Shown: piece after piece, positions 53,513 to 63,463 of the stretch
How positions within the stretch are numbered: position 1 is the first letter of the stretch
How the letters are laid out: each line of letters starts with the position of its first letter
NCBI GenBank assembly: GCA_016180435.1
Contig: JACPBG010000003.1
Location: 13,791 to 77,790 of the forward strand
From: Candidatus Sungiibacteriota bacterium
GTDB taxonomy: Bacteria > Patescibacteriota > Minisyncoccia > Sungbacterales > HO2-52-23
DNA length: 64,000 nt
Direction of reading: 5' to 3'
The notes under the pieces: model-generated
The model's input: only the letters and a program-made list of their open reading frames with translations
Database searches by the model: none
Told to the model about the DNA's origin: nothing
Program-made: the position numbers and the translations under genes

Positions 53513-55621
53513 ATGCAAAAAAAGATATTTTATGCAGTCGCGATTTATCTGTTACTGGTCGGAACTGTTGTCCGGGCGGGTGACATGCCCGAGACCAGAA
53601 TTGAGAACGTGTGCGAGATTATGCATGCGGTTGAAGTGTGCGATCCGTATCAGTGGCTTGAAAGTGACGCTTCTGAAGTTAAACAGTGGGTGGATGAACA
53701 GAATCGTTATGCGGCATCACAGTTAAGCGGCATTTCCCAACGCACGGCTATCCGTAAACGGCTTGCGGATCTTTATAAATCGTACAGTCGATCATTGCCT
53801 TATGTTTATGGCAATCGGTATTTTTTTAGCGCAGGCGGCAGCGAACAGAGGATTCTCTATGTTCAGGAAGGAGAAGATGGAACACCCCGCGTGCTTATTG
53901 ATCCTAACGCGTTGAGTGAAAAAGCCGGAAAAACAATTTCTTTGGGCGGTTGGAACGTGTCGCGTGACGGTAAACTCTTAGCATACGGATTATCCGACAC
54001 CGCGGGTGATGCCAAGTCGCGCTATGTGTTGAAAGTTGATTCCGGCGAGAACCTTTCGGATGTCATTCCATCTTACCTGTTTCCTTATGTCAATGACTGG
54101 GCGTATGACGGAAGCGGGTTTTACTATACCCGAAGGCCGTCTTCCGTTCCGGCCGGAGAAGAAAAATATCACCAAAAGCTTTATTTTCACCGACTCGGAA
54201 CACTATGGCAGGATGATACACTGCTTTGTTGTGAGGGCCTTAGAAAAGAGGCGTGGCCGTGGGCGCGTGTTTCCGATGACGGCCAATGGCTTTTGGTGAG
54301 TGTCATGGTTGAGGCGCGAAAGCACGAGATTTTTCTGAAAGACCTTTCAGATGATGCAGTTGATCTTATTCCGGTGATACGCGGCGTTAGTGCGGAATTT
54401 TATTCCGTAATCCACGGCCAGTATTTGTATATTCTCACTAATCATGAAGCGCCGCTTTGGAAAATAATGCGGGTAAAAATTGAGGATGTTTCCAAAGGCA
54501 TGGATGCCTGGCAGACGGTTATTCCCGAAGGAACGCATGGAATAGAAGGTATGCATATTTTCGGTGATCAATTGTTCGTGAAAACCCTGGAAAATGTTTC
54601 CTCCCGCTTTACAAGCCATACTCTTGAAGGTCAGTATCTTAGGACAATTCCTCTTCCGGTTTTGGGTTCGCTGGACGGATTCAGTTATGAACCAAGATCG
54701 CAAGAATTCTTTTTTGGGTTCAGTTCTTTCTTTTTTCCATATACTGTTTATCGGTACGACCTTGAAAGTGAAAATTATGAGAAACTTTGGGGCGATAATG
54801 TGTCGGGCGTAGATCCCACGCAGTTTGATATTTGGCAGATTTGGTACTCGTCTAAAGACGGCACCGGGGTTCCCATGTTTTTAATGCACAAGAAAGGACT
54901 GGCGCGCGATGGGAACAATCCGACGCTGCTTTACGGATATGGCGGATTTGGCATAAGCATTACGCCGTATTTTGACAAGGACATGCTTATGTTTCTTGAA
55001 CGCGGCGGCGTATATGCGATTGCCAATTTGCGCGGCGGAGGCGAATTCGGAGAAAAATGGCATGAAGCCGGGCAACGCGAGAAAAAGCAAAATGTTTTTG
55101 ATGACTTCATTGCCGCAGCCGAATGGTTGATTCGGGAAAACTATACCAACCCGGAACGCCTTGCCATATTCGGGTGGTCAAACGGCGGGCTTCTTACAGC
55201 GGCCGCCTTGACACAGAGATCGGATCTTTTTAAGGCGGTAATCATTGGCGCTCCGGTGCTGGATATGGTTCGCTTTGTGAAGTTTGTGGGCGGAAGATAT
55301 TGGATAAATGATTACGGCGATCCGGATGATCCGGCGCATTTCAGTAATCTTCTGGCGTATAGCCCCTACCACAATGTTCGGGACGGCGTGTTTTATCCAG
55401 CCACCTTGATTCTTATTGCCGATACGGATGATCGGGTGCATCCTCTGCATGCCTATAAAATGGCTGCCCGGCTTCAGGCGGCCAACGCTTCGGACAATCC
55501 TATTTTGCTTCGCGTAGAAAAAGGAACAGGCGGACATGGGGGGGCTACGACCATGTCTCGAAAGATTGAGATGAATGCGGATAAGTGGAGTTTTATATTT
55601 TTGCACCTCAATATTGAGTAA
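53513..55621 (+). CDS. Prolyl oligopeptidase family serine peptidase (S9A)
   Basis: Signal peptide, beta-propeller N-terminal domain, catalytic GWSNGGLL (GxSxGG), and Asp/His in the C-terminal alpha/beta hydrolase domain. Confidence 0.85.
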   Translation: MQKKIFYAVAIYLLLVGTVVRAGDMPETRIENVCEIMHAVEVCDPYQWLESDASEVKQWVDEQNRYAASQLSGISQRTAIRKRLADLYKSYSRSLPYVYGNRYFFSAGGSEQRILYVQEGEDGTPRVLIDPNALSEKAGKTISLGGWNVSRDGKLLAYGLSDTAGDAKSRYVLKVDSGENLSDVIPSYLFPYVNDWAYDGSGFYYTRRPSSVPAGEEKYHQKLYFHRLGTLWQDDTLLCCEGLRKEAWPWARVSDDGQWLLVSVMVEARKHEIFLKDLSDDAVDLIPVIRGVSAEFYSVIHGQYLYILTNHEAPLWKIMRVKIEDVSKGMDAWQTVIPEGTHGIEGMHIFGDQLFVKTLENVSSRFTSHTLEGQYLRTIPLPVLGSLDGFSYEPRSQEFFFGFSSFFFPYTVYRYDLESENYEKLWGDNVSGVDPTQFDIWQIWYSSKDGTGVPMFLMHKKGLARDGNNPTLLYGYGGFGISITPYFDKDMLMFLERGGVYAIANLRGGGEFGEKWHEAGQREKKQNVFDDFIAAAEWLIRENYTNPERLAIFGWSNGGLLTAAALTQRSDLFKAVIIGAPVLDMVRFVKFVGGRYWINDYGDPDDPAHFSNLLAYSPYHNVRDGVFYPATLILIADTDDRVHPLHAYKMAARLQAANASDNPILLRVEKGTGGHGGATTMSRKIEMNADKWSFIFLHLNIE

Positions 55622-55734
55622 ATATGAATCGGCGTGGTTTTTATAAATCGCGCTTTTTTATCGGTTGCGTTATTTTTTAATAGTGCTACAGGTGGGTATA
55701 AGTACATTGAAATTTAACGAATGGAAAGAGTTGC

Positions 55735-56913
55735 ATGAAGCGCCTGATTTTTCTAATGTCGCTTTTTTATCTTATTCAGGTTTATGGAGGAAATCCCGGC
55801 ATATATGATCTTTCATTTGGTTTGTATCTTAAAGAAACGCTTGGATTTTCGGCGGAAAAAATTGCGCATATCGGGACTATTATACTTCTGCCCTGGAACA
55901 TAAAGCCTCTCTGGGGAATCATGGCGGATAGTTTTCCGCTTTTCGGGTCTCAACTACGGAATTATTTTTTCCTATGCTATGCGCTGGCCGCCGTTACTCT
56001 TTTTGTTCTATCGATCGTGGATTCTTCTTCCGTCTCAATCATTATCGGGGGAGTTTTTATGGTTTCTTTGTGTATCGCGTTTTCCGATGTTCTTACCGAT
56101 AAGATGATGGTGGTTGAGGGTTCGGCTCGCAAGAAAACAGGAGTTTTGCAAGCTACCCAGTGGACAGCCGCGGGACTTGGCGGTGGGGGAATGTATTACC
56201 TTGGAGGAATTTTTGCCGGGCGATTGGGCCTTAAAGTCGCGTTTCGCATGAGCACCATTGTTCCGCTGGTCGGACTCTTTGCCACATATTTTTTTATTCG
56301 TGAGGAAAGAACGGATCGAGAGGCGATATCTTTGGGAAAAAGCAGCAGGGCACTATGGATTGCCGCGAAATCCAAACAATTTCTGGCGGTCGCCGCCTTT
56401 ATTGCTTGTCTTCGTTTCAGTCCGAATCCGCCGCTTCTTTTCTATTTGCGCGATGTATTGAAGTTTGACCCGGAATTTATGGGCACGCTGGATGCGATTG
56501 GATCTATAGCGCAGGGTATCGGGGCGGCGGTATTCGGGATTTTATGTTCAAGAATCTCGCGAAAAACGCTTCTAAATATGACAATCGGACTTAGCGCGCT
56601 CTCGTCTTTAGGCCTTATATTCATGCATGATGTCCAAAGTGCCATATGGGTATATGGTTTTACCGGATTTTTCAGCATGATTGCAACGCTTGGAATTTTG
56701 GAACTTGCGGTACGCCTTTGTCCTGTGGGAGCAGAGGGGACCGCCTATGCGTTTCTCGTATCGATCTACAATTTTGCTGGACGGCCCGCGACGATTATCG
56801 GTGCGCGGATGTATGATAACGGCGTTTCGTTTACCGCTTTAGTTCTCGTCGGTTCGGCGTTCACGCTTCTTTGCTGGTTTCTAATCCCCATTCTTAAACT
56901 TGAAAAAGAATGA
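55735..56913 (+). CDS. MFS-type transporter, possibly folate-biopterin transporter (BT1) family
   Basis: 12 predicted TM segments; the N-terminal motif LPWNIKPLWGIMADSFPLFG resembles the BT1 signature (LPWs.KPlwG..SD). Confidence 0.5.
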   Translation: MKRLIFLMSLFYLIQVYGGNPGIYDLSFGLYLKETLGFSAEKIAHIGTIILLPWNIKPLWGIMADSFPLFGSQLRNYFFLCYALAAVTLFVLSIVDSSSVSIIIGGVFMVSLCIAFSDVLTDKMMVVEGSARKKTGVLQATQWTAAGLGGGGMYYLGGIFAGRLGLKVAFRMSTIVPLVGLFATYFFIREERTDREAISLGKSSRALWIAAKSKQFLAVAAFIACLRFSPNPPLLFYLRDVLKFDPEFMGTLDAIGSIAQGIGAAVFGILCSRISRKTLLNMTIGLSALSSLGLIFMHDVQSAIWVYGFTGFFSMIATLGILELAVRLCPVGAEGTAYAFLVSIYNFAGRPATIIGARMYDNGVSFTALVLVGSAFTLLCWFLIPILKLEKE

Positions 56914-57022
56914 AAGATTTTTATGGTAGTTGGGGCGTCTCTATCGGGCGCTCTTTTATTTTGTTGCGGTTTTGGTATGTTTATAGTAGGTCATTAAATA
57001 GAAGTTTTTTGAGGAGGTTTTC

Positions 57023-57799
57023 ATGAATAAAATAGCGCGATTGCGAGTGGGTTTTGGGGTATTGCCTTTGATATTCGGTTTTTTCTTTTTTGCTTGCGGA
57101 AACGATGATGTCGAAAATGGAAAGCCGGTTGACACTCATCCCATCGGAATTGCGCCGCCGAAAAAAAGCTCCGGGATAATTACGGGCCGAGTTATGCTCG
57201 CGCGCAATGTATATGCGTCGCAGCCGAAAAGTATCTCAATCAGCAAGGATACGGATATTTGCGGGTTCAGCAAGTCGGATAAATCTTTGTTGATGCGGGA
57301 CGGCGGCATTGAAAATACGGTCGTATGGATCGAGGGTATGCCCGCGGGCCGTTCCTGGCCGTTTCATTTTCCGGCGCTTGATCAAAAAAAGTGCGAATTT
57401 AAACCGAGATTAATGTTTGTGGGGGTCGGAGAGGAAATGACCGTTTTGAATAACGATGGCATTCTTCATAATTTACATACATACAGCCGCATAAATCCGG
57501 CGCTGAATATCGCCCAGCCGAAGTTTAAGAAAGAAATTAAAGTTAAATTTGAAAAACCCGAGATTATAAAAATCGGTTGCGATGTCCACAGTTGGATGTC
57601 CGGCGTTGTCGTTGTTGCGGACCATATTTATTATGCGGCCACCAATAGCGAGGGCGAATTTAATTTTTTGCAGGACGTTCCTGCCGGAAAATATATGTTG
57701 CGCGCCTGGCACGAAAAACTCGGGGAATTATCACAGGAAGTTTTGGTTGAGTCGGGGAAAACCACTGAAATCATTTTTGAATATACAAAAATCCCCTAA
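57023..57799 (+). CDS. Putative lipoprotein (hypothetical)
   Basis: Lipobox FFFFACG. Confidence 0.45.
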   Translation: MNKIARLRVGFGVLPLIFGFFFFACGNDDVENGKPVDTHPIGIAPPKKSSGIITGRVMLARNVYASQPKSISISKDTDICGFSKSDKSLLMRDGGIENTVVWIEGMPAGRSWPFHFPALDQKKCEFKPRLMFVGVGEEMTVLNNDGILHNLHTYSRINPALNIAQPKFKKEIKVKFEKPEIIKIGCDVHSWMSGVVVVADHIYYAATNSEGEFNFLQDVPAGKYMLRAWHEKLGELSQEVLVESGKTTEIIFEYTKIP

Positions 57800-58080
57800 G
57801 GTTTCTTCGGGGACTTTTTATTGCGATAACCCGAATGGCTGGATAAGTCAATGTTGACGTGATTTAATCCGGAGATATTCTTAGATTAGTAATCTAAATA
57901 CGCTTATTTTATCAAGGATCCCAGAAAGGAAAGGGCAACCCGCCTAAATTTTGCCGAGCAAAATTTAGGCGAGGCCATTCTATCCCTAAGGATAGAATTT
58001 GTAATAGCCCTTTACTTTTCTCGGGATTTTTTGGTAGGGTTGGCGTAGCGGTCTTTTACAAGACAAGGAAGGAATATGTT

Positions 58081-59568
58081 ATGAAAGCGCGAATGCTTAT
58101 CGGGGGATTGATGGTAATATTCCTTGTGTTCTTTGCAGGGAATGTCAGCGCCGAATGGCCGAAAGTTTGTGAAGGCCAGCCGCCTCATTATTTAAGAGGA
58201 TTCACTCAAACCAACGATCAGATTGATGCATTTAAGCAGATGCAGTTGAATTTTGCGGCCAGCCGTTCCGACTCTTCGTTGTTGCGTGCCCGTTGGGCGT
58301 CAAACATCGGAGAGAGCGCCACCTTCATCTTTTATGGACATACCGTAAGTATTTATTTCCCCATGTATCAAAGGTTGGGGAACGTGGTGTATTATTATAC
58401 CGCAGCTGGAGCGACTCCTTTGACGGTTGAGGAATTTGAGTGCGTAAAAGAAGACTTTGGGCAGTGGATTCAGCAGGCAATTGATGCGAATTACGATGAT
58501 CACAGGAGAATTACCGATCTCGCGGTGGAAAGCTTTGCTGCCGGAAATAATATGACTCCCGATGCGGTGCGTAAGTTGATTGCAAGGCCCATTCCTGAAT
58601 ACGGCACGAATTACGGAGATGTCTTAAAAATACCCCTGTTGGAACCCGCCGATTTTATCAAGGGCGTAAAACATATTTATTTTACTTCGATGTCTTCCTG
58701 CAATGCCTGGGTGTATTTGCAGACGATCGTAGCATTTTCTCCGTGCACTCGCCGTTGGGACTACATCATGGGATATCCCACGGTTGCCAAGCATGAGCTT
58801 ATACATGCCAACGCCAAATTACAAGGGTTTCCTATCGGATGGTACTCCAATATGGAGCTTTTTGCGGCACTGCTTCCTTTTTTGGAACAGCCGACTGATC
58901 TTGAAACATTTTTTTATCACGGATACCTTTCCAAACCATGGGAGGCACTGGAAGTGTTTGGCAGTTTTGATGTGGCCAAAATCCGAAAAGAATTTTTCAG
59001 ATATGACGTTTGGGGGGGTGGATCCGCGATGAATCGCGAAGTAATTGCCGAATATCTGTCCGAAATAAACAAGGCCGCCGAATGGCTGCGTGAAAGCGGG
59101 CTGAAGGTGCTTGCTAAATTCTATACTGATCCGCATTTTTGGGTGGCCGTGAATGATATGTCGCATGACGATGACATGGCCTATATGGTGATTATGGCCG
59201 GACTCTATGAGCCTACGGCTCTCGGAGGGCATGATAACACCGTGCGTTTCATTCTTAAACACTCGGATCAATCTAAAAGCATTGCCGATGGCGCCTGGAG
59301 CCGGGTAGGCAAGTCGCGTTCCTTAATGTTTGATGAGCGGCGCCAGAAAGCACTGGAGGAACTTGTGCGTTTTGCCGATGCGCTTGGAATTTCTAAGGAG
59401 GAACTGATTCGCAAGGGACGCGCCTACGGGTTCCGCAGCGAGCATTTGGAAAACATGGACTTGGATTTGGCGCGCGAAATTTTAAGAAGTTTTTTGAGCG
59501 GCGATGGCGTATTTGGTAAGCCCATCGGATCTAAATTACTGCAAGAAAAGGAGGTACGATTGCCATGA
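58081..59568 (+). CDS. Secreted hypothetical protein
   Basis: Signal peptide MKARMLIGGLMVIFLVFFAGNVSA; 4-nt overlap (ATGA) with the next gene, indicating an operon. Confidence 0.5.
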   Translation: MKARMLIGGLMVIFLVFFAGNVSAEWPKVCEGQPPHYLRGFTQTNDQIDAFKQMQLNFAASRSDSSLLRARWASNIGESATFIFYGHTVSIYFPMYQRLGNVVYYYTAAGATPLTVEEFECVKEDFGQWIQQAIDANYDDHRRITDLAVESFAAGNNMTPDAVRKLIARPIPEYGTNYGDVLKIPLLEPADFIKGVKHIYFTSMSSCNAWVYLQTIVAFSPCTRRWDYIMGYPTVAKHELIHANAKLQGFPIGWYSNMELFAALLPFLEQPTDLETFFYHGYLSKPWEALEVFGSFDVAKIRKEFFRYDVWGGGSAMNREVIAEYLSEINKAAEWLRESGLKVLAKFYTDPHFWVAVNDMSHDDDMAYMVIMAGLYEPTALGGHDNTVRFILKHSDQSKSIADGAWSRVGKSRSLMFDERRQKALEELVRFADALGISKEELIRKGRAYGFRSEHLENMDLDLAREILRSFLSGDGVFGKPIGSKLLQEKEVRLP

Positions 59569-61196
59569 AGCGCGTACGTAACCTATTTTTATTTTCACTC
59601 CTCGCAACATTTGCGGCAGGATGTGTTACTGCTGCCAAGCAAGGATGTTTGGATGAATTGAGTGCGCGATATCCAACGTATACCGTAAAAGAGCGCCTGG
59701 TTCTTTTTTATGGAGCAAAGGGCGTGGGATGCATTCAAGAGTGGTTCTATGAGGTGGAGCGGGATAAAAGTGGTAAGCCCGGCATTCCGCGTATAGCGTA
59801 TCACAAAGTAAAGATGGATCAGATTTTGCGCGTGGAAGAAAAACAGTTGAAGGACGTGGAAGAGGTACTTGATACCAATCCTAAAAATGAGGAATGGTAT
59901 AAGCTTTTGGAAGAAACCGGCCGGCGCCCCGACTTCGAGGCCAATGAGCGGGCTTTGCGATTTCGCGTAGCGCGTCTGCGTCTTAATGTCAATCACAATG
60001 AATTCCGGAAGTTTTTAGGAGAGGTTGACACCTCGGCAGAGGCCGAGAAACGCCGTCAAGGTTATTCGGTACGGATTTTCCTGCCGGAATTTGATCCGCA
60101 ACGCGAAGCTCCTTTTACCGCCAAATTCGTGGCAGAAGCCAAACGTGACGGAAAACTTGCGTTTATTGGCATGACCACGGTATTTGACTACGAACTGCTC
60201 GGGAAAAAAGAGCCGGATCCGGAATTTCCGTCCGATCCTAACCGTTTCCTTTGGAAGGAAAAATACGAGGGATTGGAAATGCGGATCTATAAAGTAATGA
60301 ATTCACGGCAAGTGCGCGACAAACAGCCGCATTATATAGAAGCAACCCGTATTACGCATCGTTTCGATAAGAATGGTGCGCTGATCGCCACGGAACGTGA
60401 ATCAAAACCGGCTTTGCGCATTTTTGCTTCTCCATCCGACACCCTGGACATTGTGGTGTTGGATACTGATCGCGAAGGCGATTTGGGATTTGGATTCCCG
60501 GATATTGTTGAGAAGTTGTACGGAGGTATTACTACCGGTAAGGAACTTTATTTACAGCATCAAACCCTGCTCTCTAAACTTTTTCCGGATCGAATTGATG
60601 ATAAGCGAAAACCCATGCCCAAGCCCAAACCTCAAAAATTTGGGGTGGTCGTAGCCGGTACGCCGGTCGATCCTTGGGAGAAGGCGCCGACGAATGATGG
60701 TTGGAAAGTCCCACATGATTACATAAGTGAAAAAAAGGATAATTACAATGTGGACGTGGTGCTTGAGTCGCGCAAAAGCGGTGATTACACTTCGCCGCGC
60801 AAAATTCTGGCTTTATCCAGGGCGTATTATTCAACGGCCAATTCGTGGCAGCCGGTCAAGGGAGAGGTGGTGGAATATTACCGGCCGCTTCCGGAATTTT
60901 ACGAACAAAATATTTTGGAGGCCAGGGTGGATTGGTCCAATCGGCGGAAGATTGTTATTGAACGCGAGGGCAAGGCCGGTGTTTCGGGTATCGTGAATCC
61001 AGGCAAAAATGCCTTTACCGAAGAACGTCCTTATATGGTTGAATTTAGTGACGGCGAGACGCGATGGAGGATTGTTGATCGCGACAAAAGCGGCATTTTC
61101 ATGTATCGCATGGAGGTAGTGCGATCGGGCGGAAGCATGTTTGGGGGTTATTCGGACAATTCTCCGGTGGATTCTTCCTCCGGTAATGATTGGTGA
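59565..61196 (+). CDS. Putative lipoprotein (hypothetical)
   Basis: Lipobox LLATFAAGC; translationally coupled to the upstream gene. Confidence 0.5.
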   Translation: MKRVRNLFLFSLLATFAAGCVTAAKQGCLDELSARYPTYTVKERLVLFYGAKGVGCIQEWFYEVERDKSGKPGIPRIAYHKVKMDQILRVEEKQLKDVEEVLDTNPKNEEWYKLLEETGRRPDFEANERALRFRVARLRLNVNHNEFRKFLGEVDTSAEAEKRRQGYSVRIFLPEFDPQREAPFTAKFVAEAKRDGKLAFIGMTTVFDYELLGKKEPDPEFPSDPNRFLWKEKYEGLEMRIYKVMNSRQVRDKQPHYIEATRITHRFDKNGALIATERESKPALRIFASPSDTLDIVVLDTDREGDLGFGFPDIVEKLYGGITTGKELYLQHQTLLSKLFPDRIDDKRKPMPKPKPQKFGVVVAGTPVDPWEKAPTNDGWKVPHDYISEKKDNYNVDVVLESRKSGDYTSPRKILALSRAYYSTANSWQPVKGEVVEYYRPLPEFYEQNILEARVDWSNRRKIVIEREGKAGVSGIVNPGKNAFTEERPYMVEFSDGETRWRIVDRDKSGIFMYRMEVVRSGGSMFGGYSDNSPVDSSSGNDW

Positions 61197-61227
61197 TTTA
61201 TTTGAAACAAGTCCTGCATTAGCGGGA

Positions 61228-63453
61228 CTATTTTTTATAAGTTTCCACGGCCTCCGATAAAATTTGACAATACAGATTAAGCCCCACTTTGTTGATGGCG
61301 CCGGATTGTTCGCGGCCAAGCACATTTCCCGCCCCGCGGATTTCAAGATCGCGCAAGGCAATTTCATATCCTTGGCCGAGTTCCGAATATTCTTTCAGCG
61401 CCTCAAGGCGTTCGGCGGCTTTATCTGTTAAGTGTCGCGGTTTGTATAGAAAGTAGGCATGAGCCTTTTTGGATCCGCGGCCAATACGGCCTCTTAGCTG
61501 GTGGGCTTCGGCAAGTCCCAGGCGCGTGGCGTCATCTACAATAAGTGTGTTGGCGGACGAAATATCAAGTCCGTTTTCGATGATGGTGGTTGCCAGAAGA
61601 ATATTTATTTTTTTATCGCGGAATTGGTCCATGATATGAATTATTTCTTTTTCTTTCATGCGGCCGTGCATAATCCCTATTTTTTGGAAACTAAGTTTCC
61701 AAGCGCTTGGAAACTTAGTTTCCAAATAACGAAGAAGTTTTTCTTTCACCGCATCCATGGTTTCAATGCGGTTATGTAAAAAATATATTTGTCCGTGGCG
61801 GGAAAGTTCATGATCAATCGCGCGGACAATCGTTTGTGAAGAATAGGGCAGTACATAAGTCGCGATAGGGAGGCGTTCCGGAGGCGGGGAGTCAATGCGC
61901 GAAATATCACGGAGCTTGGCTAGCGCCAGCGACATGGTGCGCGGGATCGGTGTAGCGGATAAGGACAGGATGTCAACCCCGTTAGAGATATGGAACGAAT
62001 CGGCATTAGGGGGAGCGTGCTTGGGGACATAGCGATTTTCACTTAGTGTTTCGGTGTCGGATAAATCTCTAACGGGGTCAACTTCGGAACGCAAATCTTT
62101 AAAATATTCTTTTTGTTTGACCCCGAAGCGCTGTTCCTCGTCAATAATAACCAGCCCCAGGTTTTTAAACCGGATATCGCGCGAGAGTATACGGTGCGTT
62201 CCGATTACGCAATCAATGGATCCGTCCGCAAGGCCTCCGAGTATTTTTTTAGTTTCGCTTATGGATGTAAGGCGCGACAGCATGGATATGGTCACCGGCA
62301 GACGGCCGCCTATCCGCTCTTTAAACGTATTTAGGTGCTGTGCCGCAAGAATCGTGGTGGGAGCCAGAATGGCAACTTGTCGGCCTGAGCAAATTGCGCG
62401 TAAAGCCGCGCGTATGGCGATTTCGGTTTTTCCGAACCCCACGTCTCCGCAAAGAATCCGGTCCATGGGCCGCGGTCCGGAAAGATCGTGCATAATTTCA
62501 TTCTCGGCTTTTATCTGATCAGGCGTTTCCGTAAATGCAAAAGTATGGCGCAGTTCTTTCTCCAGTGTTTCGTCTCCGGGATGCGGCGGGCGCATGGCCG
62601 TGGCGCGCTTTTGATAAAGTTTTATGAGTTCCTGCGCCATTTTTTGCGTATCCTCGCGGATTTTGCGCGTGGTTTTTTGCCAGATCGATCCGCCCAAACG
62701 ATGAATTTTAGGAGTTTCAAATCCTATGTACGGGGACAGGCGGTTTTTTTGGTCAATGGGAACATATAGTCGATCCGGCGCTTTTCCTGACCCAGGTGCT
62801 GCGTATTCAATGAGAAAGAACTTAGAACTTGGAGTTGACAACTTGGAATTATCGCTAAGTTCTTGTTTGCTAAGATCTAAGTTCTCGGAATAGGAATTTT
62901 CAGAAACGATTCCTCTGAAAATTCCTATTCCGTGGTCCACATGCACCACATAATTTCCCGGAGCAAGTTTATCTATCGAGGCTAAGCCTCTATAGTGGTA
63001 TCGAGGCTTAGCCTCGATAGGAGGCGTTGGCCTTGGATAAATTGAGACAATCTGGTTTCCGGAAAACTCAATTAAATACGGTTTCTCGGTATTTATCGGC
63101 CAGATTTCTATAATTCCCCCGCGTACGGCAAAAATTCCTTTGCCGGACGTATGTGTGCTTCGTTCATATCCGAAATCGGCAAATTGTCGTAAAACCTCAT
63201 GTGGACGGATAACCAGATCCTTTTCAAGAAACAATGAATTGTCGCGCCACCATGGATTGGAAATACGTGCTTTTTTAATTGCGGCGGCGTTTTCCGAGAA
63301 CCAACCTCCTTCGCTCGCCGCGGCGAGCTTCGGTGGGCGCGACAAAACAGCCCGCTCCAGATTCTGGGGGGATATAGATACGATCAACAGTTCGCTTATT
63401 ACATCTGACATCTGACATCTGATATTTAACGCGGGATTAAAGTCAATCGTCAA
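61228..63453 (-). CDS. mfd: Transcription-repair coupling factor Mfd (short form lacking the UvrB-homology N-terminal domains), with multiple in-frame palindromic insertions
   Basis: RNAP-interaction domain (IEIWPIN...), helicase motifs GDVGFGKTE (Walker A), DEEQRFG (DExx), TRG motif region and C-terminal domain. In-frame inserts at 61976-62078, 62815-62850 and 62960-63010. The start may be the internal Met at 63411. Confidence 0.85.
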   Translation of the reverse strand: MTIDFNPALNIRCQMSDVISELLIVSISPQNLERAVLSRPPKLAAASEGGWFSENAAAIKKARISNPWWRDNSLFLEKDLVIRPHEVLRQFADFGYERSTHTSGKGIFAVRGGIIEIWPINTEKPYLIEFSGNQIVSIYPRPTPPIEAKPRYHYRGLASIDKLAPGNYVVHVDHGIGIFRGIVSENSYSENLDLSKQELSDNSKLSTPSSKFFLIEYAAPGSGKAPDRLYVPIDQKNRLSPYIGFETPKIHRLGGSIWQKTTRKIREDTQKMAQELIKLYQKRATAMRPPHPGDETLEKELRHTFAFTETPDQIKAENEIMHDLSGPRPMDRILCGDVGFGKTEIAIRAALRAICSGRQVAILAPTTILAAQHLNTFKERIGGRLPVTISMLSRLTSISETKKILGGLADGSIDCVIGTHRILSRDIRFKNLGLVIIDEEQRFGVKQKEYFKDLRSEVDPVRDLSDTETLSENRYVPKHAPPNADSFHISNGVDILSLSATPIPRTMSLALAKLRDISRIDSPPPERLPIATYVLPYSSQTIVRAIDHELSRHGQIYFLHNRIETMDAVKEKLLRYLETKFPSAWKLSFQKIGIMHGRMKEKEIIHIMDQFRDKKINILLATTIIENGLDISSANTLIVDDATRLGLAEAHQLRGRIGRGSKKAHAYFLYKPRHLTDKAAERLEALKEYSELGQGYEIALRDLEIRGAGNVLGREQSGAINKVGLNLYCQILSEAVETYKK
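61976..62078. mobile_element. CCCCGTTAGAGAT-TIR MITE-like element inserted in mfd without breaking the ORF
   Basis: accccgttagagat ... atctctaacggggt, perfect 14-bp TIRs about 75 bp apart; the mfd ORF reads through (…SDTETLSENRYVPKHAPPNADSFHISNGVDI…). Confidence 0.75.
62960..63010. repeat. CGAGGCTAAGCCTCGATAG palindrome pair in-frame in mfd (PIEAKPRYHYRGLASID)
   Basis: atctatcgaggctaagcctctatagtggtatcgaggcttagcctcgatagg, the same motif as the intergenic palindrome at 32536-32582. Confidence 0.8.
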
Positions 63454-63463
63454 ATGTCAATTG

